DNA from: Octopus sinensis
Lineage: Eukaryota
Direction: 5' to 3'
NCBI RefSeq assembly: GCF_006345805.1
Contig: NC_043002.1
Span: 5,456,001 to 5,520,000, forward strand
DNA length: 64,000 nucleotides
Numbering within the stretch: position 1 is the stretch's first letter; each line of letters opens with the position of its first letter. The position numbers were made by a program, and so were the translations under genes. Under the pieces are notes generated by a model that was not told where the DNA came from, searched no databases, and worked only from the letters and a program-made list of their open reading frames with translations. This document shows, piece by piece, positions 11,760 to 25,394 of this stretch.

Positions 11760-13905
11760 CGTTTTATTGATTTATTATTGCAGATTTGCTTTTACTGCTT
11801 ATTCGTATTGATTTTAGGTCGTCAATTTAAAGATGGAAAAAACAAATCCGAACGATTTTATTGAGTGCAAAATGAAACATAAAGCAGAAGAACCTGCTCC
11901 CCTTATCAGTGAAGCGTTCAAGAGACAACAAACGTACAGCTTAACCTGGTTTAAAAAACTGTATTAGAGACGAGAGCTTTGAAGATAAAGTCGGTCGTGT
12001 ACGATCTTATACGATTGACAACAACTAATTAAGGGCTATTATTGAAGCGGACCCATGCAAAACAACTCGAGAGGTTGCAGAAAAATTAAACGTTGACCAT
12101 ATAACATTTGTTCGACATTTATAGCAAATTGGTATGTTTAAAAAGGTTTGATAACCGTGTAGTGCATGAAATGAAGCTCTACGCTTCTGTTGCAACAAAA
12201 ATCACCCTGTTTTTATTATTGTGTAACATGCGACGAAATGGATTTTGACAACTGACGGCATTCTACGCCGTGGTTGGATTGTAATGTAAAGCGTAAAAAC
12301 TTTCCAAACCGAAGCCGCAACAAAAGAACCTTATAGTCCGAATTTGGCAGTAGGGAAATGAAATCCTCCATGACTATGATTTGAATCTCGGTGAACCCAC
12401 CATAGCATGAAAGCATTAGCAGGAAATCGACAAAATGCATCACAACTACAATGTTTACATCCAGCAATGGTCAACTGAAAAATATTGTTTCTTCTACCTG
12501 GCAACACTCGACCACATGCCTTGTAAAAGACTGCAAAAATTTAACGAAACGAGCTACGAAATGCTACCTCACCCAGCTTACTCCCTAAATCTCTCGCAAA
12601 CCTACGACCAGTTTTTCAAGCATTTTGTTAACTTCCTTGAAAAGAAGGTCTTCAATAACAAAGCAGCTAGATTTCTATATTACTGTGTTACGGAATCACC
12701 CGACGTCGCCGCTCGCCCGAACGGGCAAGTTCGCCACGGAAACTCAAAGAGGAGAGAGGAGAGATACAACAACAACAACAACCGCAGCAGCACAGAGATA
12801 CCGAGAGGCAACCGAGAGAGACACAAACGGCAAGGCAACAACTGGCTTACATTTAACACTAGTTTATGACAATCAATTGTTACACATCGAATACATTTAA
12901 AGGAAACATGCACGTGACAACTCAATACATCTCCACAACAGATCAAAGCATTTAACAACATGCAGATACAATATAACAGTCCGGAGACACAACAAGGTCA
13001 ATACATCAGCATTTCAAAGGTACACGTCCGAAAACACAGTTCTATTTCAAAACACATCACAGATAACGTCACAGTTCTTTAAAGTCTTTACAATCTCATT
13101 TCTATTTTCTTTTGTAACATGTATCAACACAATTCTGAACATAAATACCACAACTCGATAATCGACACATCGATAAGTCCTCTACTCAATTCACATTGTT
13201 CATTTCACTGTCTCATTTCTTTTCACTGTCTCTTTACATCGTGACACGTATCATACATAATCAAATACCTTAATTCCTAATTGAATCGCCAGTGTCCCAT
13301 ATTGCACCTCATCTCTCTCCGTACCACATATTCCTCTGTATATATCCCCTCTTGTGCCGCCAGCTCCAGCCTGCCAAGCTCTCGCATCCCAACATGCCCT
13401 GACTTCCAAAAATCCGTCTGTCCTCTTTGACGACCGAATCCCAAACTGTCCCTCTATCACTACCCCTCAATCTGTCTCTACTGCTTATACCCTCTCTATC
13501 TGCTCTCAGCCCTAACTGCCTATCTCTGTTCTCAATCTGTCTCTTAGCCTTCACTCTCTCCCTTAGCTCTGCCATACTCTCTGCCTGTCCTCCTCTGCCC
13601 CTCATCCTCTCTCACTGCTAATATCATCTCTATCTGCTCTCAGATTCCCTACTCTATCTTTCTCACTTCTTTCCTCCTCCTCTTCCTCAAGGGGTGTTTA
13701 GAACGACCTCTAATTCACCCGAAAGGGGTCGCAGATTTACCCAGAACCGATCAATCCACCTAAATCTGACAGGACAATGGGTTTATTCCAAAAGTAGGTC
13801 ACTGCCAACTGTCCTTAGACTGAACCATTCATAGCAACTGCAATAAAGAAACTTGTTTGCTTCTGGCAAAAATATGAAGATTCTAATAGTTATCTCGATG
13901 AATAA
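11760..13905 (+). mobile_element. Decayed mariner (Hsmar1/SETMAR-like) transposase, interrupted at about 12680-13832
   Basis: Degenerate HTH region (LRAIIEADP.KTTREVAEKLNVDH), a VTCDE/W motif near 12225, LPHPAYS.NLS.T.D.FF (YSPDL-like), and a C-terminal KLV..WQK..DSN segment after the insertion. Confidence 0.88.
12686..13830 (-). mobile_element. LTR-retrotransposon-like fragment nested in the mariner; putative LTR at 12686-13246
   Basis: Segment begins TGTTACG and ends CGTGACA (TG...CA short inverted termini). The adjacent minus-strand region is purine-rich and gives low-complexity charged translations. It interrupts the mariner reading frame. Confidence 0.5.
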
Positions 13906-14666
13906 ATTCTAAATGTCTCTATATTTATTCTCCCTTTAACTTATACAAACGTATTTCCTCGACCCGCCTGGCTGCTGGGGGTGTTTGTCTCCCCTTCGTA
14001 AATATATATAAGGACACAGAAAAAATGTGTCAAAGCCATCAGGAGGCGTCGATGCTTCCTAAGGCTAAAAAGCGGTGGTGTAACCCCCTACTGTCACGTT
14101 CACGTTAGATTGACAGTATACAACCATTCTATCGCCCCACCACCGTACATATCTCTGTGAGAGATTTAGAAATTTAATATTTCTGAAACGTATTTTTATT
14201 TACATTTAGTCGAACTTATTTATAAAGATGAATATAAAACATTGTTTTACACTTCTTACACTTGAGATACCTTTTCACTTGATGTTTCTCATCTTTATTA
14301 CATTATTTTCATTGTTTTTCAAATAACTTTCCAGGTATAAGCTTACATTCTTCCATAATACATTTATAATCGACTGCCAGTCACCCTCTCTTTCTTTATC
14401 TCTTTCTACTTATTATGTTTCTCCTAGCTCTCTCTCTCTCTCTCTCTCCCTTCTGCCTATCAACTTTTACCCCTTTTATCTCTCTCTACATATTTCCTTC
14501 TCCCACTACTTTCTCTCTCTCTTCTCTACTTATTACCTTCTACTCTACACACACTCCCTCTTTTCTCCTACTCCCTTTCATTCCTTCTCCTTTGTTTTAT
14601 AACTTTTATTTCTAAAACATATTTTACGTTTTATGATATTGTTCTGAACAGCTGCACTGTCATTCT

Positions 14667-14710
<44 letters not shown>

Positions 14711-14829
14711 GCTTCTTTGTCATTTACTCCTTCTCCCCTCCTCTGTTTCTGATTCTTCCTCTCTTACTGCGTATATGTTGGTAGTTTGGGAGGAACGTTG
14801 CTTACTCATTGCCTGCCATCAAGCCAAGT

Positions 14830-15345
14830 CATCATCATTAGCATCATCATTTAACGTCCGTTTTCCATGCTAGCATGGGTTGGACGTTTCGACATGGGTC
14901 TGGGAAGCCAGGAGGCTGCACCAGGCTCCAATCTGATCAGGCAGTGCTTCTACAGCTGGATGCCCTTCCTAACGCCAACCATTCCATGAGTGTAGTGGGT
15001 GCTTTTTACGTGCCACCGGCACAGGTGCCAGGGGAGGCTGGCAATGACCACGATCGGTTGGCGCTTTTACGTGCCACCGGCACGGAGGCCAGTCAAGGCG
15101 GTGCTGGCATCGGTCACGTTCGGTTGGTGCTTTTTACGTGCCACCGGCACAGGAATCACAACTACAATTTCCATTGATTTTTGATGTTGATGTACTTGAC
15201 TCAATAGTCTCCTCAAGCACAGAGTCGAAACGATGTTTCTTTACTTGCCACCTGCACAGGAGTCAGTCCAGCGGCACTGGCAACGGCCGGATGCCACAGT
15301 CATAGGATTTCGGTTCAATTTCGATTTCACTTGTCCCAACAGGTC
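14830..15345 (-). mobile_element. Retroposon with RTE-like 3' end and (GAT)n tail, with internal about 60-bp tandem units; second copy at about 25130-25325(+)
   Basis: catcatcatttaacgtccg...ctggatgcccttcctaacgccaacc; three repeats of ttttacgtgccaccggcac. Confidence 0.7.
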
Positions 15346-15422
15346 TTCGCAAGTATATGCAGTTATCCTACTCCTCTTACGATAACTCTCTCTCTCTCTC
15401 TCTCTCTCATTCTCTCTCTCAT

Positions 15423-15484
<62 letters not shown>

Positions 15485-15679
15485 ACTTTCTACCCCCTTC
15501 TCTCTATACGATTTAAAGCGTGAATGGAGAAATCAATAAACCAGCCAACCAACAAACATTTTTTATCGGCTATGATGGATTAACTGGCCGAAACTTCGAA
15601 GTCACTGTCAAAAATTTATTCGTGTTTAAGAACAAACTTGTACTTTACAGAAGTATAGAGTAACCTCTCAGATCAATGT

Positions 15680-15714
<35 letters not shown>

Positions 15715-15751
15715 GGATGGATGGATGGATGGATGGATGGATGGATAGATG

Positions 15752-15796
<45 letters not shown>

Positions 15797-16430
15797 AAGC
15801 GGCGAGCAAGCAAGCAGAATCCTTACCACGCCGGACAAAATGCTTAGAAGCATTTCGTCCGTTTTTACGTTCTGAGTTCAAATTTCGCAGAGGTCGACTT
15901 TGCCTTCCATCCTTTTGGAGTCGATAAAATAAGTACAATGGGGGTCGATGAAACCCGAACTTGCTGGCCTTTTGCCAAAATTTGAAACCTATATATGTAT
16001 GTCTGTGTGTGTGTGTGTGTGTGTGTGTTGCTGTTCGAAATATATGTTTTTTCTTTACTACCCACAAGGGGCTAAACACAGAGAGGACAAACAAGGACAG
16101 ACAAGTCGATTATATCGACCCCCACTGCCTAACTGGTACTTATTTAATCGATCCCGAAAGGATGAAAGGCAAAGTCGACCTCGGTGGAATTTGAACTCAG
16201 AACGTAACGGCAGACGAAATACGGCTACGCATTTCGCCCTGCGTGCTAACGTTTCTGCCAGCTCGCCGCCTTATACATAGACTAATATACCATTTTTCTC
16301 CCCCCACCATCCCCACTTGCTTTTACTGAATCGAGTGTTGCCAGCGGAGACCACCTCAAGTCTCCTTGAATGCAATAAATATATTTGTTTATTCGTGGTG
16401 AGATTTATTATAAAAGGTTGCATTACTAAC

Positions 16431-16513
16431 CTGTTAAACCAATCCAGAATCGTTCAATGCCAGCATCGGATAATTCTTTTAGTTTATCGTTGATAAAATC
16501 CTGGTCACGTGCA
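16431..16513 (-). CDS. Exon f, CTLD2: ARDQDFINDKLKELSDAGIERFWIGLT(V)
   Basis: Acceptor ccttcacAG and donor GTTAGT. 83 nt, phase 2 to 1. FWIGL motif. Confidence 0.93.
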
Positions 16514-16719
16514 CTGTGAAGGTAAAGTGCATTTTAATACTAAAAAGGGTGGTGATGGTAGTGATGGTGATGGGATTGTTTTTGTTTCGTTTGGATGGTG
16601 ATGGTGGTGGTGGTGGTGGTGGTGGTGGTAGTGGTGGTGGTGGTGATTTTGCTGGCAATGGCGGTGATAGTGATAGTAGCATTTTCAAATGTAGAAATGA
16701 CAATAATAAAGAAAAGTGT

Positions 16720-16765
<46 letters not shown>

Positions 16766-16766
16766 A

Positions 16767-16797
<31 letters not shown>

Positions 16798-17142
16798 ATG
16801 AGGACACTGATCCTAAAAAGATCTGAGCTAAGGGGAAATAATTCAGATACACCAATGGCATGATAAAGGATGACATATGGAATGATGTACGCAGAAAAAA
16901 AATCCTAATAAATTTAGAGAAACAAAAAACAAATCTAGCTGTAATTAATCAGTGATTCTCAAAACGGGGCCAGTAGATTCAAGAAATTAAACGACTTTAC
17001 TGGACCTGAATTTTCAAGAAGACAAAGTGGTAGTTGTAGACATGTTTCAGTCTTATTAAACCTTACCAACAAAGCATTGTGGCATTATTTGCTCAAGCTT
17101 GCTTTGATCAGCTGACTGACTTTTTTTTTTATTTACAAGTAT

Positions 17143-17553
17143 AGGCGCAGGAGTGGCTGTGTGGTAAGTAGCTTGATTACGAACTACATGGTTCTGGGTT
17201 CAGTCCCACTGCGTGGCACCTTGGGCAAGTGTCTTCTACTATAGCTTCGGGCCGACCAAAGCCTTGTGAGTGGATTTGGTAGACGGAAACTGAAAGAAGC
17301 CTGTCGTATATATGTACATATATGTGTGTGTGTGTGTGATTGTGTGTCTGTGTTTGTTCCCCTAGCATTGCTTGACAACCGATGCTGGTGTGTTTATGTC
17401 CCCGTCACTTAGCGGTTCGGCAAAAGAGACCGATAGAATAAGTACTGGGCTTACAAAGAATAAGTCCCGGGGTCGAGTTGCTCGATTAAAGGCGGTGCTC
17501 CAGCATGGCTACAGTCAAATGACTGAAACAAGTAAAAAAGAGAAAAAGAGAGA
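17143..17553 (+). mobile_element. Full-length SINE-B
   Basis: ggcgcaggagtggctgtgtggtaag...gactgaaacaagtaaaaaagag. Confidence 0.9.
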
Positions 17554-17845
17554 TATAAAAAATTAAAAGCCTTCTTAGCCGGTATAACTATCGATAGGTT
17601 TTTGTTTTCTTTCTCCAAAAGGCCGACGTCAACTCATAAAACATTTCTTTTATGGACGTTATTCAATGTACCAATACTCATCTAAATAATATCTTAAACT
17701 AATACAAAGCCACAACTTTTGCTGATGTTGTTATTTAACCCCAGGTCGACCTTGAACAAGTAGTTTTATCTGACAAATGGTATATACACTAGCCTGAAAA
17801 AGATACGGTATGACCTGGAGCTTAAACGATTTTGATCAGGACTAA

Positions 17846-18013
17846 GGCGGTGGCGAGCTGGCAGAAACGTTAGCACACCGAGCGAAATGCTTTATGTTCT
17901 GAGTTCAAATTCTGCCAAGGGGCGTTAAATTAAGTATCAATTGCGTACTGGGGTAGATCTAATTGATTGGCCCCCTCCCCACAAATTTCGGGCCTTGTGC
18001 CTAGTGTAGAAAA
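17846..18013 (+). mobile_element. SINE-A variant (internally deleted); TSD gattttgatcaggact
   Basis: 16-bp direct repeats at 17828-17843 and 18014-18029. Confidence 0.8.
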
Positions 18014-18063
18014 GATTTTGATCAGGACTGACAGAGGCTAAACAACAACAACAACAGCATCAA

Positions 18064-18461
18064 GTGGAGGCGCAATGGCCAAATGGCTTGGGCAGCGGAC
18101 AAGCGGTCGGTGGATCGCGGATTCGATTCCCAGACCGGGCGTTGTGTGTGTTTATTGAGCGAAAACATCTAAAGCTCCACGAGGCTCCGGTAGGGGGTGG
18201 TGGCGGCGACCCCTGTTGTACTCTTTCGCTACAACTTTCTCTCACTCTTTCTTCCTGTTTCTTGTCCCCGACTTCCTACGCAACCGCTGAGCCTGGATGC
18301 GCATTCATCCATTCGTCGATGCTCTCGGTGTCAGGGGTTGACCTGCTTTCTCTTCTGTGGGTCTTACGAATAGCAAAGGACCACGTTTCGGACTTCTCCC
18401 ACTACAGAGGCGCGATCTTGCGAGCTCTGGGACGAAGACCACTTCGCTCAACAGCAACAAT
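18064..18461 (+). mobile_element. SINE-C (tRNA-derived, (CAA)n-like tail), full length; TSD aacaacagcatcaa
   Basis: Head gtggaggcgcaatggcc..., B-box gattcgattcc, direct repeats on both sides. Confidence 0.88.
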
Positions 18462-19389
18462 AACAACAGCATCAACACTACTACAAGGTAAAGAAGACCT
18501 AAAGATCTACTTATTAAGTTTGCATTTTCATCTTAAAGCATTGGAGCAGTTCTTTGTTCACTTGCAACTTCTTGACCTTTTTTGCCGACTGGAGTAAAAC
18601 TAACAGAGGCAGAAAATTATGTACCGGATCCCAGGAATATAACTTAATCGCTGTATGTAATGGGGCGGGAACCCATGGGAACCGAACTATTAGTCTCAAA
18701 TTTACCTTTGTAGTCATTGTGATTTTTTTCTTTTTCATGATTGTCTTTTCCCCTTCATTTATCTTTCTTCTGCTTATTTCAGTCATCGAACTTTGGTCAT
18801 GCAGGGGCACCATCTTGAAGGCTGTAGCCGAACAAATCGACACCCAGTACAATTTTTAAAGTCTGGTACTCATTCTATCGCTCTTATTTGCCGAATTGCT
18901 AATTCACGGGGATATAAACTTACCAACACCGGCTGTCAAGCGGTGATAGGGACAAATATAAACAAGAGGACACGCATCATACAATATATGTACGACTCAC
19001 TTTCCGTTTACCAAATTCGCACACAAAGTTTTGGTCAGCTTGGGTCTGTAGTAGAAGAAACTTGCCCAAGGTACCGCGCAGTGGGATTCAACCGGAAACC
19101 ATGCCGTTGCAAAGCAAATGTCTTAATCACAAAGCCATACATCCGCCTTTTAATTAAGTTGACTCTTTCAATTGTAAATGGAAACTGAGTTACATCCTCA
19201 TCCCACAGTTGCCCTTGTATCACATATTACAAAGTATAAAAGAATGTATTTACTTCATTAAAATTTGAAGCCACAAAGGGAAACGGTCTCTAATCTGGAT
19301 ACAAACCATTTCAATGATTCGACTCACGAAGAGCTAACCTTTTTAGCAAACAATGTTCAACATTCAGCTCGAAAGTAATTTATTAATAA

Positions 19390-19788
19390 CTAGCAGTATC
19401 GCCTGGCGTTGCTCGGGTTTGTAAGGGAAATAACTATGTAAGCATTTTTAGAGAGTTATAGACAAAAAATAGCAAAAAAATGCATTAAAAATGGAAAAAA
19501 AAATTATGGTAAATTTTTTTTAAATCGTTGACTCATCGTAGACATTTTTAGAGAGTTACTTCCCTTATATAATAGCGAAAAAATGCATTAAAATGGAAAA
19601 AAATGATGGTAAATATTTTTTTAAAATCGTAGACTCATTGTAGACGCGCGCTAATACCCAGAAGGGCTCGATATGAATCACGACTATAAGATACCCGGTT
19701 TTGGTTAAACTGCACCGCAAAATGTGGGAGTAGTTAGGAATCTAAATCGTAGGAGACAGACACACAACTTCACTTTTATATATAAAGA
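19390..19788 (-). mobile_element. Non-autonomous Helitron, copy 1
   Basis: Minus strand starts TC (tctttatatataaaag) and ends with a GC-rich hairpin (cccgagcaacgccagg) plus CTAG. Inserted between A and T with no TSD. Confidence 0.85.
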
Positions 19789-19968
19789 TCAGTCTGGGTG
19801 AGATTTAAATTAGTTATATGTGTAGCAGTTTTTCAAATGTTATTACTTGTCGTGCATTTAAGTGATATCCTTAGAACTAACGACGGTGCGATACACTACA
19901 GCAGAATATAGTGCAGTAGTTTATTTGTATTTTTTTTTCTCTTATTGAGTTGCATGCTTTCAACAAAC

Positions 19969-20098
19969 CTGTTGATATCTGCCAAATAAGCGTTTTGAGC
20001 TTCACAGTATTCTTTTGCTTTCGTGTAAGTCAGACGATATAAGAAACTAAATTGGTAGCAGCTGTCTTGGTGTTGCTCCCAGCCGTCAACACAGGTTC
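19969..20098 (-). CDS. Exon e, start of CTLD2: TCVDGWEQHQDSCYQFSFLYRLTYTKAKEYCEAQNAYLADIN(S)
   Basis: Acceptor ttattttcAG and donor GTTTGT. 130 nt, phase 1 to 2. C-x-x-GW...CY...A-x-x-x-C...L-x-x-I signature. Confidence 0.94.
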
Positions 20099-21056
20099 CT
20101 GAAAATAACGAAAATAATGAGCTGTTATATATATAAGAGTTGAGTTATACGTTTACTGGTATATTTTCAGGTGATCTCAGCACTACCCCGGTTACGTAGA
20201 CACTGGATGAACAGAAACAGAGGTAAAATCGATAGAAACTATTAGACAGTAATGCCGTTCGTTGCTAGGGATTGTCCGTGTAACTTGAGCAGAACAAATG
20301 TAACAAAGATTTTCGTTCGAAAGCAATGGTCGGTCGATTTTAAACCTTTCATTAATACCTGAATACTTACTACCCGAATACTTGCATACGCGGTGAGTGT
20401 ATGTATGTGGTTAGGTAGGTATGCATGCAGTTAGAATCTATTCGACAAGTAACTTTAGAAATCAGCGGTTTGTTATCTCATCATCTTTGTTTGTGTGTGT
20501 GTGTGTGTGTGCGTTACCAAGGCATTTAACTCTTAACAAGCTGTTATAATAGGAAAATGGTGATACTATTTTCATATGACTGGATCTGCGCGAACTTAAT
20601 CGTTGCAGAAATAGAGAAATAATGATTGTTTATATTTTAAAAGTGTTGAGCTGAATTTAAATGTGCTTGGAGTAACTTTGGTAAACTATTCCTTTATATT
20701 TCTCTTTAGAAACTGTATGTGACTATTGTGAGCTGAGACAAACCCGCAGCATTGAAGGCCATCTCTCAGTATCAGGTGATATACTGCAGAAAATCTGAAT
20801 CTAACTCAAAATCAAACACATTAGAAACAATACGACCGCTTCCTCAATAACTTGTATATATATTTAAGGAAAGAGAGGGGATCAGGGGTTCAGAAGAAGC
20901 AGAGGAAAATATCTCAATAAGGATTGCTGTAATAGTCACCATCTTTGCCGAGGTGCTGGCCCTGGAGAAGTTGGAGTTTAACTTCACGTCCATTTGAGCA
21001 CACCGGTGTGTTATCTATATTACACCAATTTCTCTCCTTCTCTCTTTCTGTCTCAA

Positions 21057-21089
<33 letters not shown>

Positions 21090-21090
21090 C

Positions 21091-21179
<89 letters not shown>

Positions 21180-22321
21180 GCTTGCTAGCTAGCTATATAT
21201 ACACACGCGCGCGCGCACATGTGAAAAATTTAGATGAGTTAAAAGGTTTGTGACATATTTCAACTGCCAAAAGGCTAAATCACTGCAGTTATCTTTCTTA
21301 TGGTAAATAGGTGAGAAAATTCTATGTTTGTTCAGTGACGCCATCTGTGAGGAACCCCAGACATAATCTTTCGGTAGGTGTATGAACAACAAGCAGGTGT
21401 ATTAGTTTGACGCTTGAGAAAATTGAAAAGTCCTTTACGTTTCGGGCCTATGCTGTTCAACTGAAATGAATAAGAGAAAATAAACAGAAAGAGAGAATGA
21501 AAAACAAACTTGTGGATTTAGTGGTCAAGCATGGCATATATATATATATATATATAAGCTTCTTTCTGTTTTTCAAGTACCAAATCCACTCACAAGGCCC
21601 GAGCCTATAGTAGAAGACAGTTACCCAAGGAGCTTTGCAGTGGGACTGAACTTTGAGGTATGTCGTTACGACATAGCCAAGCTTGCACCTACACACACTC
21701 GCGCGGGCACATACACACAAACACATAGTGCATGTGTGTGTGTATGTGCGCGCGCGCGTCTGTCTGTATGTGAGAATGTGTTGCTAAGACTTGAAGCTGA
21801 AGGATAGTAGCACACGTTACATTTTGTGGAGCCTCAGATACTGGGCGAGAGAAAACGGAAGAATGTGTTTAGATAGCCTTAATTTGTCAGAACGTTTCCT
21901 TAACAAAGGGTCTTAAGAATAAAATCAGAACGCGAAAGATTTGATAAGATAACAGTTTAGCACTCGAAGAAAGAGTGGCACCAGCGGGGTGGCATCATTC
22001 GAAAGTTAAAACAATGCCAGAGCGCATTGTAACCAGCAGTGTATAATAACATTCAATAGCCTGGTCTATACCGTAATACATATACACATGTGTTAATATA
22101 TATATATATATATATTTCATTATTAATAATATAAGGGTAAATAATTATTAATTTTAAAAAACCAACAATTATTTCCGGGTAGATTTCGGTATGGAAATAT
22201 AACCATTGTATGTATATGTTGTATGTGGAGTTATATTTGTAGAAAATAGAAATAAGCGGTCTTTGACTGCTATTTCTAATTTTTCGGTATGTGGCTAAGC
22301 AACCTGTTGCTTGCCCTTTTA

Positions 22322-22353
<32 letters not shown>

Positions 22354-22378
22354 CGGGGGGGGGATTCCCTTTTATTAA

Positions 22379-22433
<55 letters not shown>

Positions 22434-22737
22434 ATATATATCACTTTTATACGTATCTGTATGCATGTATATCATATATATTATATAGTATAATATAATG
22501 GTTTTAAATTTTGGCCCATGGAAAATAATTCGGCATGAGACTGATAATTTATCTTATCCGCCCGAAAGGATGAAAAGCAAGGTTACCTCAGTGGGATTTG
22601 AGCAGAGGACGTAAAGAGCTAAAAAATAAAAATAATAAAAAAACTATTAAACATTTTGTAGAACGCGTGAACGCCAACCCCTCGCTATATAACACCATAT
22701 TACTGAGTATTTCTTATGATATATTTATATATATATA

Positions 22738-23131
22738 CTAGCAGTATCGCCTGGCGTTGATCGGGTTTGTAAGGGAAATAACTATATAAGCATTTTTAGA
22801 GAGTTATAGCCAAAAAATAGCAAATAAATGCATTAAAAATGGAAAAAAAATGATGGTAAATCTTTTTTTAAATCGTTGATTCATCGTAGACATTTTTAGA
22901 GAGTTACTTCCCTTATATAATAGCGAAAAATGCATTAAAATGGAAAAAAATGATGGTAATTTTTTTTTTAAATCGTAGACTCATCGTAGACGCGCGCTAA
23001 TACCCAGAAGGGCTCGATATGAATCACGACTATAAGATACCCAGTTTTGGTTAAACTGCACCGCAAAATGTGGGAGTAGTTAGGAATCTAAATCGTAGGA
23101 GACAAACACACAACCTTACTTTTATATATAA

Positions 23132-23134
<3 letters not shown>
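22738..23134 (-). mobile_element. Non-autonomous Helitron, copy 2 (in (TA)n)
   Basis: Near-identical to 19390-19788, with the same termini. Confidence 0.85.
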
Positions 23135-23176
<42 letters not shown>

Positions 23177-23351
23177 ATATATTATATATATATACTGTTA
23201 TATACTACTATAGCATATCTGCAATATAATTGATATTATATTGCAGATATGCTAATGTATAACTTATTTGTATATACTGATACTAATAAAAATGTGCATA
23301 ATTTTGTTTATCGTTTTCATGTCTTCCCTGGTGTAATGTAAATACACCTAC

Positions 23352-23464
23352 CCGTTTTCTTCTGGCACATGAATGGCTTCAGTGAGTGACACTCTCCTGA
23401 CAACCATATGTTGACAGTCTTAATATATGGGTCGGCAAAGGCACAGGTGTTGTTCTTCACTTGT
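23352..23464 (-). CDS. Exon d, end of CTLD1: QVKNNTCAFADPYIKTVNIWLSGECHSLKPFMCQKKT(G)
   Basis: Acceptor atatacAG and donor GTAGGT. 113 nt, phase 2 to 1. C...W-x-x-x-x-C...F-x-C C-terminal CTLD pattern. Confidence 0.92.
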
Positions 23465-25394
23465 CTGTATATTTATAATAATGAGAGAAAAAATGAAGAA
23501 AAAATAAAGCAGTTCTTGAATATTCTGAAACTGTAAATATTCATTCAAGTGACGTAGAGATTTGTTTGATGTAAGCTTTACAATAACGAAAGAGAAAACA
23601 GAAGCATATGGAGGAATACAATGAGACGGGATTTCAGTCCTGTAGCAGAAGGATTTTCGAAGAAAGACTGTTACATTTTGGTCTTATGTAGTGAAATAAT
23701 TCTTTCTAATTTTGGCTGAAGGAAACAGATTTGGAGAGTGGTGATGGCAATAATCAGTTGCCATCATCATTCGTCGGAAACTTATTTTTTACCATCTCAG
23801 AAAAATATATACCAACTTACCTGGTTCAAGTATGATTGAATTAAGATTTTCGGAAGAAAATGGAGTTCTACATCCAATGTGCTATGAATGATCAAGATTC
23901 AGAAGACAATAAAAATCTGGAAGATCTTTTAAAAATTCAGTGGTTGAATTGAACTCTGAACGTAAAGTGAAGTAACTAAATGCCACAAGATATTATTTTC
24001 GTCCCTGAGTAGGTTCTGTCATCGATTGACTTTAGGTTAGAGAAATGGTAGCTTTTAATATTGGAACAATGCCAGAAATCACACCGACCTCTGGAGTGAT
24101 TGTGAATATATCTTATTGAATCCAAAAGTATGAAAGTCGAAGTTGAGCGGCAAAATTTGAATTCAAAACATAAAGAACCAGAAAATATATCCTAAGGTAT
24201 TTTTTTTTCTGACTCTCAAATGATTCAGCCAATACACATTCCGAATAATAGGTAACATAAGTAGGTACAAGGTCACAAATTTAGGAGAGGGTTAAGTTGA
24301 TTAAATAGACTTTACATGTGCTTTACATGTGGGATTTGAACTTAGAACCTAAAATGCCTGAACAAATACTTCAACATATTTTTGTCCGACGCACAATGAA
24401 TCCCACCAACTAATTGGCTTGTGCGTGAAATAACAGAACGCAGGTGTTTGCCGTCCATTTGACCTACTGACACATTTATTTGTTATTAACTTAAAAACCG
24501 TCCGATAGGCCGTCTTTTAAACTAGTATATAGCTTTTAAGCAGCTGACCCCGAATGGGAAGATCTCTGACTTGTTTTGAAAAATTTGTTGCAGCTGTTTC
24601 TTCTATATCCCAATCAATGATGACCATGTTTGTCGCAAAAAAAATCATGTAAAAAAATCGCCGAAAACAGTCGCAGAGACGAAAACATAGGAATCCAAAA
24701 TTTTCCGGATTGCAGGTCCGGATTCAGCCCAGAATGTTTTTAATTTACTCACAGAGTTGGCCTTTTAGATTATAAAAATTATTGTAGTAAGGCGGCGTGC
24801 TGGCGTAATCGTTAGCACGCCGGGCGAAATGTTTAGCAGTATTTCGTCTACTGTTACGTTCTGAGTTCAAATTCCGCCGAGGTCGACTTTGCCTTTCATC
24901 CTTTCAGGAGTCAATAAGATTAGTACCAGTTATGTACTGGGATTGATGTAATCGACTTAATCCCTTCCACCAAAATATGAGGCCTTGTGCTTCCAGTAGA
25001 AAGGATGTATTAAAGTTGAAAAAGTGTGATACACTGTCATTCACATTTATTATATTAGATATGTTTAATTTTGGAGAAATTTTATTTCAATTAAAGTCTA
25101 TTTTATGTGTGTATATGTATATATACATTACGTGCAGGTGGCACGTAAAAAGCACCCACTACACTCACGGAGTGGTTGGCGTTGTTTCTACAGCATCCAG
25201 CTGTAGAAACATCGCCAGATAAGACCGGAGCCTGGTGCAGCCTTCTGGCTTCCCAGATCCCCGGTCGAACCGTCCAACCCATGCTAGCATGGAGAACGGA
25301 CGTTAAACGATGATGATGATGATGATTTATATATATATATATATGTGTGTTAAAGAAAGCAAAAAACAAAAGAAAAATTATAGTATGTTGGCCA

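Noticed and set aside
15000-15155. Three spaced repeats ttttacgtgccaccggcac resembling a CRISPR array
   Set aside because: The spacers are similar to each other, it lies within a retroposon, the context is eukaryotic and there are no cas genes.
18064-18597. 177-aa ORF, with similar ORFs at 2127-2492 and 7155-7478
   Set aside because: These are SINE-C copies read through by chance, not a protein family.
23821-23881. 61-nt minus-strand segment with AG acceptor and GTAAGT donor in intron c-d
   Set aside because: It would shift the frame and has no CTLD similarity; exons c and d already join correctly.
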